64,000 nucleotides of DNA, from the NCBI GenBank assembly GCA_043228905.1, contig JBHGNT010000016.1, positions 13,516,001 to 13,580,000 on the forward strand, given 5' to 3'. The notes beneath the pieces were generated by a model that searched no databases, was not told where the DNA came from, and saw only the letters and a program-made list of their open reading frames with translations. The DNA comes from Azolla caroliniana (lineage: Eukaryota > Plantae > Polypodiophyta). Below are positions 61,104 to 64,000 of the stretch, piece after piece; positions within the stretch are counted from its first letter, which is position 1, and each line of letters opens with the position of its first letter. The position numbers were made by a program, and so were the translations under genes.

Positions 61104-64000
61104 TTACATAGCAAGCAAATCATCAATGTCATTTTCTTCTTCATCATGTATAGACGTCTCTTCGGTTATATGTACATTGTCTTCCCCTGTTAGCCGAGCC
61201 AACGAAATATCTTCTATAAGCTCATCATCAAGCTCTATTAGCTCCCCTGATTCCCTGGCTAACGGAGGAATAGGCTCTCGTGAAGTAGGTTGAAACCTTT
61301 CGGTATCAGCGAGGTTCTTTGCACCGACCTCCTCGTCCTGGTCTGGGCACTCCCACAAAGCCTTAATCCTCATGTTTATAAATATAACTTGCTCCTCGTC
61401 CTTCTCCAATGCAACTATGTTTCTAAAGAGCTTCAATGCACACGCAAACGTCGTCCCTGTGAAGAAAGTAACAAGAAGAATTAGTTTTCAAACAAAAAAG
61501 ATTCAGTATTGGTTATCTCAAGATCGTTAACCAAGTTCGAGGAATACCTATGCCAGAAAAGAGGTCTAATATCCAATCTCCTTCTACAGAAAACATCTCG
61601 ATCAAGCGTATCATAAGTCATTGAAGTTTTTGGTATGGGTTGAAAAGTCCTCGTTCTGTTGTGGTGACATGTCGCAATTTCCGTGTCACTCCTAGATATA
61701 TACCAACAGCTTGGAACCTCCAACTTCATTAGAATGCTCCTTGATTCGTTGTTTCTTTATTTCATCGAAGTAGCCAAACATAATGTATTCAATGGCATTT
61801 ACGAACTGAAAGGTTGACCCTCTATTGATATTGGTTTTTATCCTATAACGAATATTGCATCGAGATAAGAATAGATTGAACAATCTTAAGAAAGGCAATA
61901 TAGTGAATGAGACTTATAAATAATCCTTACCATGCAAGGTTCTCGATGCCATGGCAACGAGATCTCAAAGCTTGAGCTACCGAGTACCCTTGGTCCATAC
62001 ACTGAAAGACAACTATCCTCCACAAGGATGCGGTCGTTAGTTCAGCAAAATCCTTGACCATCTTCTCTTAACTGTTTGAACCTAAACGGTTCATCATCGT
62101 ATGATGACCCTGCCATTCGAAATCCGTAGGGAATATCAGCAATCATTAGCGTATATTCCTTCTTTGGCACTTTTTGGATCATGCCACCAACATCGCTGCA
62201 AATCACGTTGTAGTAAAGATCTTTCGTAATATCCTTTTTGTGGCTAAATTTTTTGAAGGAGCCATCTTCCTCAATTTCGTACACCTTGACTAAGTGTCGA
62301 TCCTTTTCTTTTCTAGCTCTCTCGAGATGTGCAAGGAAGGATCTCGGGAAATCGTGTATATCCTTAACTTCTCCTTTGTTTCTTGCCATGACACGGTTTC
62401 TAATAAAAGCAATAAGACATCAAGTATTATTACACAACCTCTACATATGAGGAAAGCTTAATGAAAAAACACCAATACTAACCCAATCCTTGAATGCAAT
62501 AAAATACTCGGATAACGCCTTATATGAACACATTAGAGGATAATCCTCGGTCAATTGTTCCCAAATTATACATCCAAGTTGTTTCATCATAACTTCTTGG
62601 ATCTTCATGTACACCTTATGACTGTGAAATTAGAAAACGAGATTAGAACTTTCAATTGCACCATATTGAATTCAATATCACTATTTGAAAGACTTACTTA
62701 TTGAACTCAGTGACCATTTCTTCAAGGCTTAAATCTTTCGCCACAACCCTTGACAAAACAGACACAAGAAGCTGCTCATCCTTAATACCTTGCATCGCTC
62801 TCCATAGAGACAGCTTCACGTCGTCAGCCAATTTTCTTGGCCGCTTGTGACTTTAATTCTAGTTGAGGGTCTACCTTACATTTCTTTTGTTGTTGACCCT
62901 TGACCTCCTTATTCTCCCACATTGAGAAGATTTGATCTTGTAGGTCCCATACTTCTCCATCTCTAAAGGGAAGTTGAAACCAGGACTCATATTTCCGAAG
63001 ACCATTGGACTTAACATTATCATCCACCACAATGCCGACTTCATGCAAGTATTGACGTCATAGGCCTGGATGAAGCTTCACACGGAACTTTTGTTTGACG
63101 TCCAAGTACTCATGGTGGAAGAACCTTATATGCTCAATCGATGACATTTTCTGCCTATAGTCATTATCGTTATTGTGGTCCCATGCCAACAACTTTGCCT
63201 CTTCAGTTGTGAGGCCCACATAAATTTTGCACTCGGCATACTTGAAGAAGAAAGTTGTTGGATGTTCTCTCACAAGTTTCCGACGTGCCTCCGCCGAATG
63301 CGATCCACCAATTACAAAGTAATTGTATTGATCATGCTTTCTTATGTCAAATTCTTCAGTGGTTTCACATTCTTTGGGATCCACCATAACAATAAAAGGC
63401 ACAACGGTAGCATGTGGATTAATTTTCATTTTTTTCTTGAGATTTTGAACATGCATTCGGTGTGGCTCTCTAATCTCAAGTGGTCTTCGTCCTGTTTTTT
63501 CATCTACAGAGGGCCGATGGATGTGTGTTATAGGAAAATTAAACCCTTGCCCTTTTCTCACCAGTTTACACTACATTAACTCTCTCTGTATCTTATTCTG
63601 CTCGGATGACAACACATCCGATGCCAGCTCAGCTCCTGGCATCCCCTTAGTGTCCTCATCTTCATTTGAGCTTGGTGAGTCGGAGTCCGACATTTTAGTG
63701 GTCTTCTTTTTTGCTAGTTTTGATTGCACTTTAGATGCCCTTTTCGGGGACTTCACTGGGGAGGGAAAGGGCTCCCTTAGAGTTACATGGCCTTGTATAT
63801 AAGGCCTCAAGGTGACAATAAGGTTTTGTGAGCTTTATAGATCTTTTTTAATAGATTATAGCCCACAAGATTCCTTTACAAGTCGATCTTTAGAAAGGTA
63901 CACTTTACGTACCCCCTTCGAGCACTCTATCATTACAAGAATGTTGGCTGAATCTGAATCTTCGTAGTCAAATCGTAGAATATGGCCATACATAAATGCA
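61104..64000 (-). pseudogene. Spliced gene encoding a ParB/Srx-like domain fused to a beta-class N4C/N6A DNA methyltransferase (N6_N4_Mtase-like); disrupted by stops and frameshifts; 5' end probably beyond the window
   Basis: Exons ~64000-62698, 62621-62483, 62399-61931, 61842-61548 and 61456-61104 with GT-AG introns. YFVIGGSHSAEA (ParB-like); LMIADIPYG (motif IV); NLAWIK...FVNAIEYIMFG (VI-VII); NPYQK..LMIRLIEMFSVEGDWILDLFSGIGTT (VIII/X/I); RNIVALEKD (II). Confidence 0.85.

Noticed and set aside
61104-64000. Bacterial or phage contamination as the source of the MTase
   Set aside because: The gene has four spliceosomal GT-AG introns, one splitting motif I in frame, and shows the same decay as the flanking plant TEs.

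Overview
Eukaryotic, gene-poor window made almost entirely of nested, decaying transposons. It is most likely heterochromatin of a non-seed land plant (inferred from Tcn1-type chromovirus, Athila/Tat-like Gypsy, Tork-like Copia elements and short GT-AG introns). Contents: (1) a Gypsy element (1-~20.4 kb) interrupted by a complete 12.9-kb two-LTR Gypsy element (4394-17260, minus) that carries a second aspartic-protease ORF, a hairpin minisatellite and a long accessory ORF; (2) several Copia elements, one full length (47610-52890); (3) a complete 12.45-kb Sola2-like DNA transposon (25207-37658; 26-bp TIRs, TGAC target duplication) with a 3-exon DDD transposase and a RING-finger cargo gene, plus a truncated relative ending at 55960; (4) a chromodomain Gypsy whose LTR contains a tRNA-like A/B-box cassette; (5) at the right edge (61104-64000, minus) an intron-containing, pseudogenised gene fusing a ParB/Srx-like domain to a prokaryote-type beta-class N4C/N6A DNA methyltransferase, the most notable item. 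All calls come from manual reading and translation; no database searches were run.
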